From a virus (taxonomy: Duplodnaviria > Caudoviricetes), in the IMG/VR virus record IMGVR_UViG_3300017747_002036, positions 1-54,283 of that record: a DNA stretch of 54,283 nt; one strand, written 5' to 3'. This document shows positions 17,453 through 25,946 of the stretch, in pieces (the first letter of the stretch is position 1; each line of letters begins with the position of its first letter). The notes beneath the pieces are model-generated. The model did no database searches. It was not told the origin of the DNA and was given only the letters and a program-made list of their open reading frames with translations. The position numbers and the translations under genes are program-made.

Positions 17453-18679
17453 TTATTCCTCTTCCTCATCTTCTCCCTCCGTCATATCATTCTGCAAGTC
17501 CGCTACGTTATCTGTTCCAACAGACACAGCGTTCTTATCTTCTTCTGATATGAAGTCAGATTCTTTCTTGGCCTCTGTGATTAGCGAGTCCCAAGATTCT
17601 TTAGCTTGAGTTACCTTCCTAAGACAGCGCATCTTTAAGTTAACAATAGCATACACTGCTTCCTCAATAGTCCCACGGTAGAATAGAATAGTCTGTTCTG
17701 TATCCGTAAGAGACGTTAACCTGTGCGCCCTGCCTAGGCCTTGCACTATCTCAATAGCAGAGTAAGTCGGGGCCAAGAATGCCCTACGTTGCCGCGACTT
17801 AACTATCTTGTTGCCCGTCTCCTTGTCTACTTTTGCCCACTCATCAGTGTGATGTAGCGATAGACCTACACCACCAGACTTAAAGGTGAACATCGCTACA
17901 CGTGAGTTGCCAGATTGGAACCTATCAATCTCCTCCTGTCTGGCTACTCTGTTCTGTGGACCGAACTTGTTAAGGATTGCGAAGTCTCTTGCTTCACGTT
18001 CTTCTGGAGTTTCTATTGCTGGGTTACGAAGCTTCTTAAGAACTAAGTCCTGCTGTTCTTTGTTAGCTCCTGCTGCTATCATCTTAGTTAGTATTGATGC
18101 TATCTCATCCTCACTGAACTGGACAGTGTTACTCTTATTCCCAGCCGCTACCATCTCTGTGCTACCTCCCCAGATTAAGGAAATGTCAGACCTCTTGAAC
18201 CCATGCTTCTTAATTAGCCTACTTACAGTCCCGACTATAGTCTGCTTAAACTTAACTGCTAGCACTGCATCTTGGCCGTTCTTCACAGCATTAGCTGCAC
18301 GCTCTGCAAGCACATCACACCTACAAAACTCTGCTGCTTTACAGAACTGTAGCATCTCAACTAGAATCTTGAACTTCCCTTCCGGTGTTGTCTTATCTAC
18401 CTTCGCAGCCTCTAATTGAAATCTTTCCCACGCTTTAGCGTAGTAGTCTCGTGCCCAGTCAGACTGGAAGGAGATTAGTTCTGCGTTGTTTATAGATTTG
18501 AAGTCGGACCTTACATTCTTCACGTCATATACGTAGTCCTTCATTGCGAACATGAACCTCTCAATACCAGCAGGAGAGTGTTCTTTGGGGTCAATGTTAC
18601 CTCCAGAACGGAAGCCATTAGCTAAGTCTTTAGAAAGGTCGCCCCAAGTAGCTTGAGTGATGCGAGTTTTGCTTTTCAT
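17453..18679 (-). CDS. SF2 helicase C-terminal (RecA2) part, strawberry-notch-like
   Basis: IDRFQSG, SGGVGLSLHH, RQRR, YSA..IVQGLGRAHR (motifs V and VI). Confidence 0.85.
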   Translation of the reverse strand: MKSKTRITQATWGDLSKDLANGFRSGGNIDPKEHSPAGIERFMFAMKDYVYDVKNVRSDFKSINNAELISFQSDWARDYYAKAWERFQLEAAKVDKTTPEGKFKILVEMLQFCKAAEFCRCDVLAERAANAVKNGQDAVLAVKFKQTIVGTVSRLIKKHGFKRSDISLIWGGSTEMVAAGNKSNTVQFSEDEIASILTKMIAAGANKEQQDLVLKKLRNPAIETPEEREARDFAILNKFGPQNRVARQEEIDRFQSGNSRVAMFTFKSGGVGLSLHHTDEWAKVDKETGNKIVKSRQRRAFLAPTYSAIEIVQGLGRAHRLTSLTDTEQTILFYRGTIEEAVYAIVNLKMRCLRKVTQAKESWDSLITEAKKESDFISEEDKNAVSVGTDNVADLQNDMTEGEDEEEE

Positions 18680-18690
18680 AATGCTAAGTG

Positions 18691-19917
18691 TTAGTCTCCC
18701 TTATACCCCACCATATCCTCACTTCCAACTTCCGCTCGTGTTGCTAGAGCGAACGTCTTAGCCTCCTCTACAGTAGTGAAGGGCGTAGCTGAAGAGAATA
18801 ATTGCCAAGTGTTGGGTGCTGCCCACTTACTTTCAGGTAGTGGCGTGCAATGGTCTAGTGTCCAGCAAGGATGCTTGTGTAGCAGGGAATCATCTTCCAG
18901 CTTCTTATCAGCTATCCTACTATACGCACGCGCTATCTCAGTCTGTGTAGACCCCGTGTTCTTAAGAGACTGGCATTCATCCCACACTATCACGCAAGGG
19001 TGAATAGTATCTCTCCAAACAGGGAACAGAACTTCCTCACCGTTAACTATCTGTGTGTGCCACTGAATCATTATGTCACCCAGACTTGCGCGAAGTTGGT
19101 CATAGTTAGTTACGAGGACGCCGCCTACATACTTACCTACAGGTAGGCCGAACTTATCCCGGAGGACACGTTCAGTCTGTGTTACGATAGGAGCTTTCGT
19201 GACTACCATGTAAGGGAATAGAGAGTGAACAGGTCCGACGTGGAAGTTAGTATCCCAGAGCCAGCGGAGAAGTTGGCCTATGATATACGTCTTCCCCACT
19301 CCCACTCCTGCGCGAAGAAGCTGGGCTCGTTTGTTATCCCTTACAAAACCTTTAAAGTAATGTGCTGCTGCATCTACTTGGAAGTAACGGAGTTCTGCTT
19401 CTTGCTTGGAGGTATCAAGTGGAGGTATGATTCCTCCATTCTCAAGTAAGTCTTCCTCTGGGACACGAGCATACCAATTGTTGTAACGTCTATGCGCTTT
19501 CTTCTGAGCTTTCTTGTCTATGATTGTAGACTGCACTGGCGCAACTACAGGTAAAGGGGCCGCCTCCTTCTCTACTTCTGGCTGACTCACAGTCTCCTGC
19601 ACGCTAGCAGATAACGCTGTAGTAGGTTGCGACAGGGCTGAGTTAACTACTGAGGCGGCAGATAGAGACTTGATGTAGTTGTTACGGACTAGCTCAACAG
19701 CAGACTTAACTGTTAAAGGAGTAAACTCTTTTTGTATCAGTATGTGCGGAGTAATCTCAGGCTTATCTATAGCTGTTGGAAACTTAGCATCAAACAAGTC
19801 ACATAGTTTACCTGCTACATCTTGCCAAAGAACTAGCTCCTTAAACTGCACTCCCGAAACTAGAGAGTTAATAGCATACTTAAAGAACTTATCCGCTTCT
19901 TTGATGGAGGGGTTCAT
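18691..19917 (-). CDS. SF2 helicase N-terminal (RecA1) part, strawberry-notch-like
   Basis: Q-motif LRYFQ, Walker A AGVGVGKT, TNYDQL, Walker B VWDECQSLKN, motif III SSATP. Confidence 0.85.
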   Translation of the reverse strand: MNPSIKEADKFFKYAINSLVSGVQFKELVLWQDVAGKLCDLFDAKFPTAIDKPEITPHILIQKEFTPLTVKSAVELVRNNYIKSLSAASVVNSALSQPTTALSASVQETVSQPEVEKEAAPLPVVAPVQSTIIDKKAQKKAHRRYNNWYARVPEEDLLENGGIIPPLDTSKQEAELRYFQVDAAAHYFKGFVRDNKRAQLLRAGVGVGKTYIIGQLLRWLWDTNFHVGPVHSLFPYMVVTKAPIVTQTERVLRDKFGLPVGKYVGGVLVTNYDQLRASLGDIMIQWHTQIVNGEEVLFPVWRDTIHPCVIVWDECQSLKNTGSTQTEIARAYSRIADKKLEDDSLLHKHPCWTLDHCTPLPESKWAAPNTWQLFSSATPFTTVEEAKTFALATRAEVGSEDMVGYKGD

Positions 19918-20192
19918 GACTTAGGTTTGTTACGTTCTAGCCAAGCGTCTTTCCTGCAAGATATACAAGTGTATCCAGCTACACAATTACATTGAAGGTC
20001 TTCACTACACAGTCTCATAAGTTCATGTCCTTCTTCTAGTTCTGCTTCAATCTCCGCAATCGGCCTCCACGGAGAGGGGCGGTCTAGGAGGTGTTTGATG
20101 TCGTCGTATTTGACGTATTCGCCGTCACTGAATGGAATCATCCCGGCATCAGTCCCATCGGGTTCATACCGTTTAATCTTCTCGTCGCTCAT
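19914..20192 (-). CDS. Hypothetical phage protein
   Basis: IKRYE...DGEYVKYDD...WRPI pattern common in phage accessory ORFs; ATGA overlaps. Confidence 0.7.
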   Translation of the reverse strand: MSDEKIKRYEPDGTDAGMIPFSDGEYVKYDDIKHLLDRPSPWRPIAEIEAELEEGHELMRLCSEDLQCNCVAGYTCISCRKDAWLERNKPKS

Positions 20193-20716
20193 GGCTGGCC
20201 TTTCTCTTTTGGGGCGTAGGATTGGAGTAATTCAGCGTCACATTTAGGACATGCTATCCCCTCAGAATATCCATGCTTGCAATCATTAACCCCGCCTGCT
20301 GATTGCCGTGGTGTATAGCTGTTTGCTAATAAGCGCATTGCTGCATCGAGGTAGGATTTCGGCACCATCGTCTCTCCCGGCGATTGGGAGAGGGCTTTAA
20401 TTAGAGTAACAAGGCAGGCCCCTATATGGTTTCCATGTTCACCTCCGCAACAACCGCAGACACGCACACCCTCATCAATAATCACATAGCTTTCGGCTAC
20501 CTCCCTCAACCTCGCCTCCCGCTGTTTTGCTTGGGCAAGCTCGCGTTCGAGTTGTTCCATGTCCTCCACTTCAACTACATTAGAAAATTCAGGCCATAGC
20601 TTTCTGGCCCTGCAATACTTTACAATGGCAACGTTCGTCCTCGGCGTAGGTATCTCATTCTTATTCATTCGTTTATGCCTTGAATGTTTTTGAGCGAATC
20701 TCGCGGATTTTCTCAA
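20189..20716 (-). CDS. Hypothetical Cys-rich phage protein (start probably MNKNEIPTPRT)
   Basis: TPRT...LERELA pattern, CGCC and CPKC. Confidence 0.65.
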   Translation of the reverse strand: MRKSARFAQKHSRHKRMNKNEIPTPRTNVAIVKYCRARKLWPEFSNVVEVEDMEQLERELAQAKQREARLREVAESYVIIDEGVRVCGCCGGEHGNHIGACLVTLIKALSQSPGETMVPKSYLDAAMRLLANSYTPRQSAGGVNDCKHGYSEGIACPKCDAELLQSYAPKEKGQP

Positions 20717-20958
20717 TGGTTACGTTTTGAATTGTCCAGCATACCTTATACCTTCTATTGATGAAGCCCTCTGGCTCTGTCAGCATATACGCATAAACAA
20801 TTTATCTCCAATGGCCCTTACATCCCTGCTTTTACGCCTGATTCTCGGCTTGAAAAGATGCAACCAAATCCGCCCTCGAAAAGATATTCGGTTTCACCTT
20901 GTATCAATATTAGTTTAGTCATGTTCATTCGGTTTGCCTTTCAAAAGGTTGTATGTAG

Positions 20959-21459
20959 TTACCACAACTTAATAGTCTTGCCCTTATACGTAACTACTAC
21001 TTCATATGTAGTTGGTTTAGTATCGAACAAGTGATTGATGCTAGATATGTCAGCGTTAAGTGCTTTAGCTAGACACTCTCTATCAGCTTGAGTCTTAGCC
21101 GAAAACAGTAGTGAAGTAAACTTATGAGCTATGTCATCTCCGAGCTTCTTACTTAGAATACTCTTAACTTCTGAAAACTTATCACTTAAGGCTATGTTAG
21201 CCGCTCTAGTAGCATCCATCTCGGCCCTCTTGCTTTTCCTTATCTCCTCAATCGCATTCCAATCGTCTATCCTCCACAGTCTCCACTCCTTATCTGTTAC
21301 TTTCTGTAGGTGCGCAACAAGGTGTATGTTCTTAGCACGTAAGCAGAAGGAAGCTAGCTCGTAGTCAATAGTAGCATACGGCGCAGCGTTAGAGCAGAGG
21401 TTATCTACTAGTGTGCCGAGAGGGATACGTTCTAAAACTGGAAAGTTGGGGAAGTTCAT
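20959..21459 (-). CDS. Hypothetical protein
   Basis: 166 aa; first gene after a sigma54-type promoter. Confidence 0.75.
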   Translation of the reverse strand: MNFPNFPVLERIPLGTLVDNLCSNAAPYATIDYELASFCLRAKNIHLVAHLQKVTDKEWRLWRIDDWNAIEEIRKSKRAEMDATRAANIALSDKFSEVKSILSKKLGDDIAHKFTSLLFSAKTQADRECLAKALNADISSINHLFDTKPTTYEVVVTYKGKTIKLW

Positions 21460-21499
21460 AGTGATGCAATGAAATGCGTGTTAAATTGTAACGGATGAA

Positions 21500-21514
21500 G
21501 CTAGAAGTGTGCCA
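21500..21514 (-). promoter_or_regulatory. sigma54-type promoter TGGCACACTTCTAGC (heads the operon containing the helicase and bEBP genes)
   Basis: GG-N10-GC, about 40 nt upstream of the ATG at 21459. Confidence 0.88.
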
Positions 21515-21587
21515 AGAGTGGCTGAAGTTAGACTACTACGTGTTAAGTTAGTAAGCTAACTTCAACAACTGGACTACTTGTAAACAA

Positions 21588-21642
21588 ATAATCCCCAGTT
21601 ACTCACTACGTAATGCACAACGTAGCTTTCGCTGGGGATTAT
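21588..21642 (-). terminator. Rho-independent terminator-like hairpin
   Basis: ataatccccag...ctggggattat with an inner ctacg/cgtag stem, followed by a U-rich run on the minus strand. Confidence 0.7.
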
Positions 21643-21669
21643 GTTAATCTGTTATTCTACTGTTAACTG

Positions 21670-22152
21670 TTACGCCGCAACAGTTTCATCTTCCTCTGCA
21701 GTCTTGCGAGGCGCACGCTTACGCAGTTCCATGAGTTCACGCAGCTCACCAAGGCGAGATTGAATCTCAACCATACGCGGCATCTGAGCAGGGTCAGAGA
21801 AGTTAATCTTGGTGAACTCAATCACCAAAGCATCTTCCTCATCCTTCAACTCAGACAGAGAAGCAGAAGTAGTCTTCGCGTTGAGGACAAACTTCGTGAA
21901 CTTATCTACGTCAGGGTTGCCTTGTGAATCACACGATTCATTGTAGGCGTTGATGAAGAGTTGGCGGAGAGCAGCGTTAATCTTGTTGATAACGAAATCA
22001 TTACCGAAGAATTCAGTAATGAGTCCGAAGTTATTCTCATCAACAGACAAGCCAAGGAACTTCTTGCCCTTAGCGGAGCCCTTCGTAATCTCCTGCGTGC
22101 TAACGTCGATTTCAACTTTGCGTCCGTCTGCGAGTTCTTTTGCGATTTTCAT
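21670..22152 (-). CDS. Hypothetical protein in its own transcription unit
   Basis: 160 aa, flanked by its own sigma54-type promoter and terminator. Confidence 0.85.
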   Translation of the reverse strand: MKIAKELADGRKVEIDVSTQEITKGSAKGKKFLGLSVDENNFGLITEFFGNDFVINKINAALRQLFINAYNESCDSQGNPDVDKFTKFVLNAKTTSASLSELKDEEDALVIEFTKINFSDPAQMPRMVEIQSRLGELRELMELRKRAPRKTAEEDETVAA

Positions 22153-22166
22153 ATAGGTGTTATGTG

Positions 22167-22282
22167 TAGTTGTTTGTTTGCTTAGCGCACGAGATACTTT
22201 ATTTCTTGTTAAGTTAGATGCTAGAATGCGTTAGTGCATACTGTGTTCATCTTATCTACTGTGCGCTAAGAGCAAACAACTA
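22167..22282. repeat. Long inverted repeat forming a structured leader
   Basis: tagttgtttg-tttg-cttagcgcac (22167-22190) pairs with gtgcgctaag-ag-caaacaacta (22261-22282). Confidence 0.8.
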
Positions 22283-22285
22283 TAA

Positions 22286-22300
22286 GCTAGTTGTATGCCA
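22286..22300 (-). promoter_or_regulatory. sigma54-type promoter TGGCATACAACTAGC
   Basis: GG-N10-GC, intergenic, oriented toward 22152. Confidence 0.85.
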
Positions 22301-22309
22301 GAGGAAAGG

Positions 22310-22912
22310 TTAGGTGTTAAATAACTTTTTGTTTAAGAGGCCACGTTCTCTATGCCCAGCTAGGAAGACTTCTTTCTGATGTGCTATTGCGGGAGTGAAT
22401 ACGTTGTTGATTAGTATCTCTATGTAGTTATGCAACAAGTTCTTACTAATAGACAACTGATAACCTGTAGCTACCATACATTCATATACATCTTCTCCCA
22501 GCCAATCTCCAAGCTTATTACAGAATTCTACATCATCCACCTTCCAAGCGTCCTGTATGCAAAGAGTTAGGCTGTGCTTTGGTTGTGCGGCGGCTATGTT
22601 GCAAGCTGCTAGATATTCTTTAGGAAGTAACTTAAGGCCATCTAGTAGAGGTAGCCAGTTAGTTGTGTAACGGAATATGAAATGAGGACAGGGGATTGGA
22701 GTAAAGCAAAGTAATTCGTCAAATGTCCATGCGCTTATACCATCCTCTGTCTGTAAGAATACAGGATTATCTCCATGTTGTGTTATGACTGCTCTAGCTA
22801 CAGAGCCTGCTTTGTCTGCTACATAATATTCCCACCACTTATCTCTCAGTGTTTGTGGGTTCTCCTGCACGTAAGCTAGAAGCTCGGAAGTAGTCTTAAA
22901 GGGAGGAGGCAT
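22310..22912 (-). CDS. Hypothetical protein
   Basis: 200 aa ORF. Confidence 0.75.
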   Translation of the reverse strand: MPPPFKTTSELLAYVQENPQTLRDKWWEYYVADKAGSVARAVITQHGDNPVFLQTEDGISAWTFDELLCFTPIPCPHFIFRYTTNWLPLLDGLKLLPKEYLAACNIAAAQPKHSLTLCIQDAWKVDDVEFCNKLGDWLGEDVYECMVATGYQLSISKNLLHNYIEILINNVFTPAIAHQKEVFLAGHRERGLLNKKLFNT

Positions 22913-22917
22913 AGACG

Positions 22918-23118
22918 TTAGTCTCTATTTTTAGTCATGTGGTGATTCTCAACAGTGTAAACGAAACTGTTAAGCGTATCCTTAATATGACGCAAATTAC
23001 TTTGTGCGTTAATAAAGTCTAACTTAAAAGTTGGAGAAGTCTCTTTCAAGTTCGCAATAACATTTAACAAACGTAACTGCTCATCTTCTAGCCATTTAAG
23101 TGCTTCTTTAGGTGTCAT
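22918..23118 (-). CDS. Small hypothetical protein
   Basis: 66 aa, operonic packing. Confidence 0.65.
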   Translation of the reverse strand: MTPKEALKWLEDEQLRLLNVIANLKETSPTFKLDFINAQSNLRHIKDTLNSFVYTVENHHMTKNRD

Positions 23119-23554
23119 ACTTACTCCTTACTTTATGTATTCTGTTATCTCCTACTCGTCTAAACATCATCTGCGCAACTTCATCATATACGAATCCGCG
23201 CTTTTCATACCATTTTTCCAATTCCTCTACTGCCAACTCGCAACCAGCCGACGGAGATGCTACTAAGCCTATGTCATAACGCTGTGGTGACTTATCATTA
23301 GCTGTGCATAGAATGTGAAGTAGCCTAGTTGCAAGTCCTTGGCGGCGTAGTTGGATATCTATCCAGATAGATTCAACGTAAATGTAGTGTCTGTTAATTT
23401 CTGGACAGAACTGTCTTCTCCATTTTAAGGAAGCAAGTGTAGAATGATAACTAGGGAGTGTGATAACACCACAATCGGAGTGTCGTAACCCTACATGAAG
23501 TTGCCATGTAGAGTTCTCTTGGAGAGATTCTAGAGTTAAGAGGCCTTGTGACAT
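23108..23554 (-). CDS. GNAT acetyltransferase
   Basis: IYVESIWIDIQLRRQGLATRLL (acetyl-CoA motif A) and LEKWYEKRGF (motif B). Confidence 0.85.
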   Translation of the reverse strand: MSQGLLTLESLQENSTWQLHVGLRHSDCGVITLPSYHSTLASLKWRRQFCPEINRHYIYVESIWIDIQLRRQGLATRLLHILCTANDKSPQRYDIGLVASPSAGCELAVEELEKWYEKRGFVYDEVAQMMFRRVGDNRIHKVRSKYDT

Positions 23555-23556
23555 AA

Positions 23557-23781
23557 CTATTTACGTCTATAAATAGTAAATCCGCCTTTAATTCCAATTT
23601 CAGCTTTGTAACCTACTCGAACATAATCACCGCGTGCAGATGGAACGTCTAAGCAATCCTCTGGTTTTAGCGAACTAGTATTTCCAAAAATATACTTATC
23701 GCCTAATGCGACAATTTCACTAGGTTTAAGTTTGCGCCATGTTACTTTCTTGATTGCAGTTTTCTTATTTTTAGCTTTCAT
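23557..23781 (-). CDS. Small basic hypothetical protein
   Basis: 74 aa, operonic packing. Confidence 0.65.
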   Translation of the reverse strand: MKAKNKKTAIKKVTWRKLKPSEIVALGDKYIFGNTSSLKPEDCLDVPSARGDYVRVGYKAEIGIKGGFTIYRRK

Positions 23782-23783
23782 AT

Positions 23784-24347
23784 TTAATTCTTAGTTAAGG
23801 TTAGTTTAACTTGCGGGACGACATATTTGCTATCTTGCGTCCATTCTGGTTGAGGAGTTCTTTTGCGCCAAGTTGCAAATCGTGGTATCTTCTCACCAAT
23901 GTAATACCTTCTGTAAGCTGTTACGTAGTCAGAGTGTTTGTAACGAGATGGCATACATTGAGGAGGAGTTGTGATATCTATTGAATCATTAGGATTGTAG
24001 AAGGTAGAATCTTCTAATAGTCCTATTGCATGACAAGCAATATCTAAAGATTTATGTATCTTACCATATCTAGCTTTATACTGTTGTCCCATTTCGTAAA
24101 CATGAATCCACAACCACGAATAGTTAGCAGGAGATTCACGCAACCAAATAGAGCAAGGATGATTCTTGTGCGTTGACTTGTATAAACCTAACTCGTTACA
24201 TTTCTCATCTCCAACCTTATCACGTGCTAGAGTAGAAAGCAATTGTGCGCTCTCAAGTAGCATTTTAACTACGTGTTGGTCACATAGGTATGTTGCTGCT
24301 AGACGGGGATTATTGTCTAAGAAGAAAATATTTATAGAGTTACCCAT
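23784..24347 (-). CDS. Pyrimidine-dimer DNA glycosylase/endonuclease V-like protein
   Basis: NIFFLD...CDQHVVKMLLESAQLLST, THKNHPC, RYGKIHKS, PPQCMP, VTAYRRYY. Confidence 0.85.
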   Translation of the reverse strand: MGNSINIFFLDNNPRLAATYLCDQHVVKMLLESAQLLSTLARDKVGDEKCNELGLYKSTHKNHPCSIWLRESPANYSWLWIHVYEMGQQYKARYGKIHKSLDIACHAIGLLEDSTFYNPNDSIDITTPPQCMPSRYKHSDYVTAYRRYYIGEKIPRFATWRKRTPQPEWTQDSKYVVPQVKLTLTKN

Positions 24348-24910
24348 CCTTTCCGTTTTAATGTTGCGTCAACTAAACGTTCCACCATCTTAATTTCTTC
24401 GTCTGTTAAAGGTTTTAACAAAACATTTTCAAAGTAAGTGCCTTTAGGCTTAACTCTTGAAAGGGCATAGTTATATGAATAAGCTGCTTGATGAATTGAA
24501 TAACAAACAGGCAACACTGTCTTCTTATAATTTACACAGATATCTGCTTTCCATTTCTGGCTAGTTGCATTCCATGTAACACCTTTATAAGGACAGTCAA
24601 TTACTCTATGTTTGCGCTTTGCAGCTAAAGCAACATTTTGTTGTTGCGAAGTGGCTTGTAAATTACACTTACAATTATTGAGTCTGTCTCCATCTATATG
24701 ATGAACTGCGCCATATTCAGCATTAAGAATAAATCTATGCAACAGCACACTACCGTTATGCTTTCCTGCATTTAACTTTTTGTATAAATCGAAACTGTGA
24801 GCATAACCTTGCTGATGTATATACCACGAGTAAGCTGAAACTCGCTCGAAATCTTCATCATCAATTAATGCTACACAGTTTGTTTGGCCTAATAGTTTTA
24901 TTTCTTTCAT
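24332..24910 (-). CDS. HNH-AP2 homing endonuclease
   Basis: ALIDDEDF, LHRFIL..VHHIDGDRLNNCKCNL, YKGVTW...AAYSYN. Confidence 0.9.
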   Translation of the reverse strand: MKEIKLLGQTNCVALIDDEDFERVSAYSWYIHQQGYAHSFDLYKKLNAGKHNGSVLLHRFILNAEYGAVHHIDGDRLNNCKCNLQATSQQQNVALAAKRKHRVIDCPYKGVTWNATSQKWKADICVNYKKTVLPVCYSIHQAAYSYNYALSRVKPKGTYFENVLLKPLTDEEIKMVERLVDATLKRKGWVTL

Positions 24911-24934
24911 TATGAATCCTTTTTATCTTACAGA

Positions 24935-24949
24935 GCAGGATTCATGCCA
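24935..24949 (-). promoter_or_regulatory. sigma54-type promoter TGGCATGAATCCTGC
   Basis: GG-N10-GC, 25 nt upstream of the ATG at 24910. Confidence 0.8.
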
Positions 24950-24958
24950 GACTATTAA

Positions 24959-25231
24959 CTAAATAGGCTCATTATAGATTGCTGTATTACCTGCTCCGTG
25001 CATAGACTTACCTAAGTTACACGCTTTACCTGCGCGACGTGCAAACACACTTTTGGCTGCTTTGAACGTCTTAGGATGCATAATTTGTATCGCTAGAGCT
25101 GTCTTGTGGTCACTTGTCATCATTCCTTTCTTCCTTGGAATAGACAACGCACAAGTGTAACAAGTGCGGAGGCCAATTTCTACACGTGCGGGTTCTACGC
25201 TACGAGCGTAACATTTGGTGCAAAGAGGCAT
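24959..25231 (-). CDS. DksA/TraR-like C4 zinc-finger protein (start likely MPLCTKC)
   Basis: CTKC...VEPARVEIGLRTCYTC resembles CxxC..I..ARL.....CxxC. Confidence 0.6.
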   Translation of the reverse strand: MPLCTKCYARSVEPARVEIGLRTCYTCALSIPRKKGMMTSDHKTALAIQIMHPKTFKAAKSVFARRAGKACNLGKSMHGAGNTAIYNEPI

Positions 25232-25239
25232 AAAGTATA

Positions 25240-25368
25240 TCAGTAAGCTAACAACAACCAAACCATAACAGCAAATAGCACACAGCCTCCAACATCTGCA
25301 AGGAGTTGTTCATTGTCACGGATGATGTTACAGAGGCGAATGAGAAGAGGAGTGTTATCTTTGTTCAT
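25240..25368 (-). CDS. Small membrane peptide (42 aa, not in the ORF track)
   Basis: MNKDNTPLLIRLCNIIRDNEQLLADVGGCVLFAVMVWLLLAY. Confidence 0.55.
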   Translation of the reverse strand: MNKDNTPLLIRLCNIIRDNEQLLADVGGCVLFAVMVWLLLAY

Positions 25369-25376
25369 GCTATGTG

Positions 25377-25502
25377 TTAATATTTGTCGAATCTTTTCTC
25401 TATTTGCAGAATAAGACCAATAATCAAGAATACTATGGCAGTTGCTATTACTTTATCAAACCACCACGGCGAATGCCAAAATTGTTCGTAAATGGATTGC
25501 AT
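25377..25502 (-). CDS. Small membrane peptide (41 aa, not in the ORF track)
   Basis: MQSIYEQFWHSPWWFDKVIATAIVFLIIGLILQIEKRFDKY. Confidence 0.6.
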   Translation of the reverse strand: MQSIYEQFWHSPWWFDKVIATAIVFLIIGLILQIEKRFDKY

Positions 25503-25610
25503 AGAGTCAATAGCTAAAGAGTAACGTTGGATGATAGTATATCATAAATGTGTAGAAGCTTTAAATAAACCACTTGCAACCAACAAACCGCAACCAACAA
25601 ATAACGGAAA

Positions 25611-25640
25611 TAGCCGCCAAGTAAGGTAGCTCGGCGGCTA
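25611..25640. terminator. GC-rich hairpin
   Basis: tagccgcc...ggcggcta downstream of the 25665 stop. Confidence 0.55.
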
Positions 25641-25664
25641 GATTGGAAGAAGTGTGGGTGTTAA

Positions 25665-25946
25665 TTACTCTACAGGAGAGTAGATTGCGTTGTGCATTTC
25701 TACTTTATTCTTACGGCGAAATACGCGATTGAAACGAATCTTCATGTTGTGAAGTGAATCCTTAATGCAACAAGGGCAAACATAACCATTAGTGTTTGCC
25801 ATTCCTTTACCAACAGAAAGACTCCATCTACGTTTAGAGCCATCTTTGCGAATAGTTTTGCTCATAAGACGCGAAATAGAAAGAGAAGTGTGAACACGGC
25901 AAGATTTGAACTTGCTCATAATAGTGCTGCTTAAGGAACATGCCAT
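25665..25946 (-). CDS. Very basic small protein with CPCC (start may be MSKFK)
   Basis: K/R-rich ORF of 84-93 aa. Confidence 0.6.
   Translation of the reverse strand: MACSLSSTIMSKFKSCRVHTSLSISRLMSKTIRKDGSKRRWSLSVGKGMANTNGYVCPCCIKDSLHNMKIRFNRVFRRKNKVEMHNAIYSPVE

Noticed and set aside
25929-25945. TGGCATGTTCCTTAAGC (minus strand) upstream of the basic ORF as a sigma54 promoter
   Set aside because: Good -24 box and position, but the GC is 12 nt away; not counted
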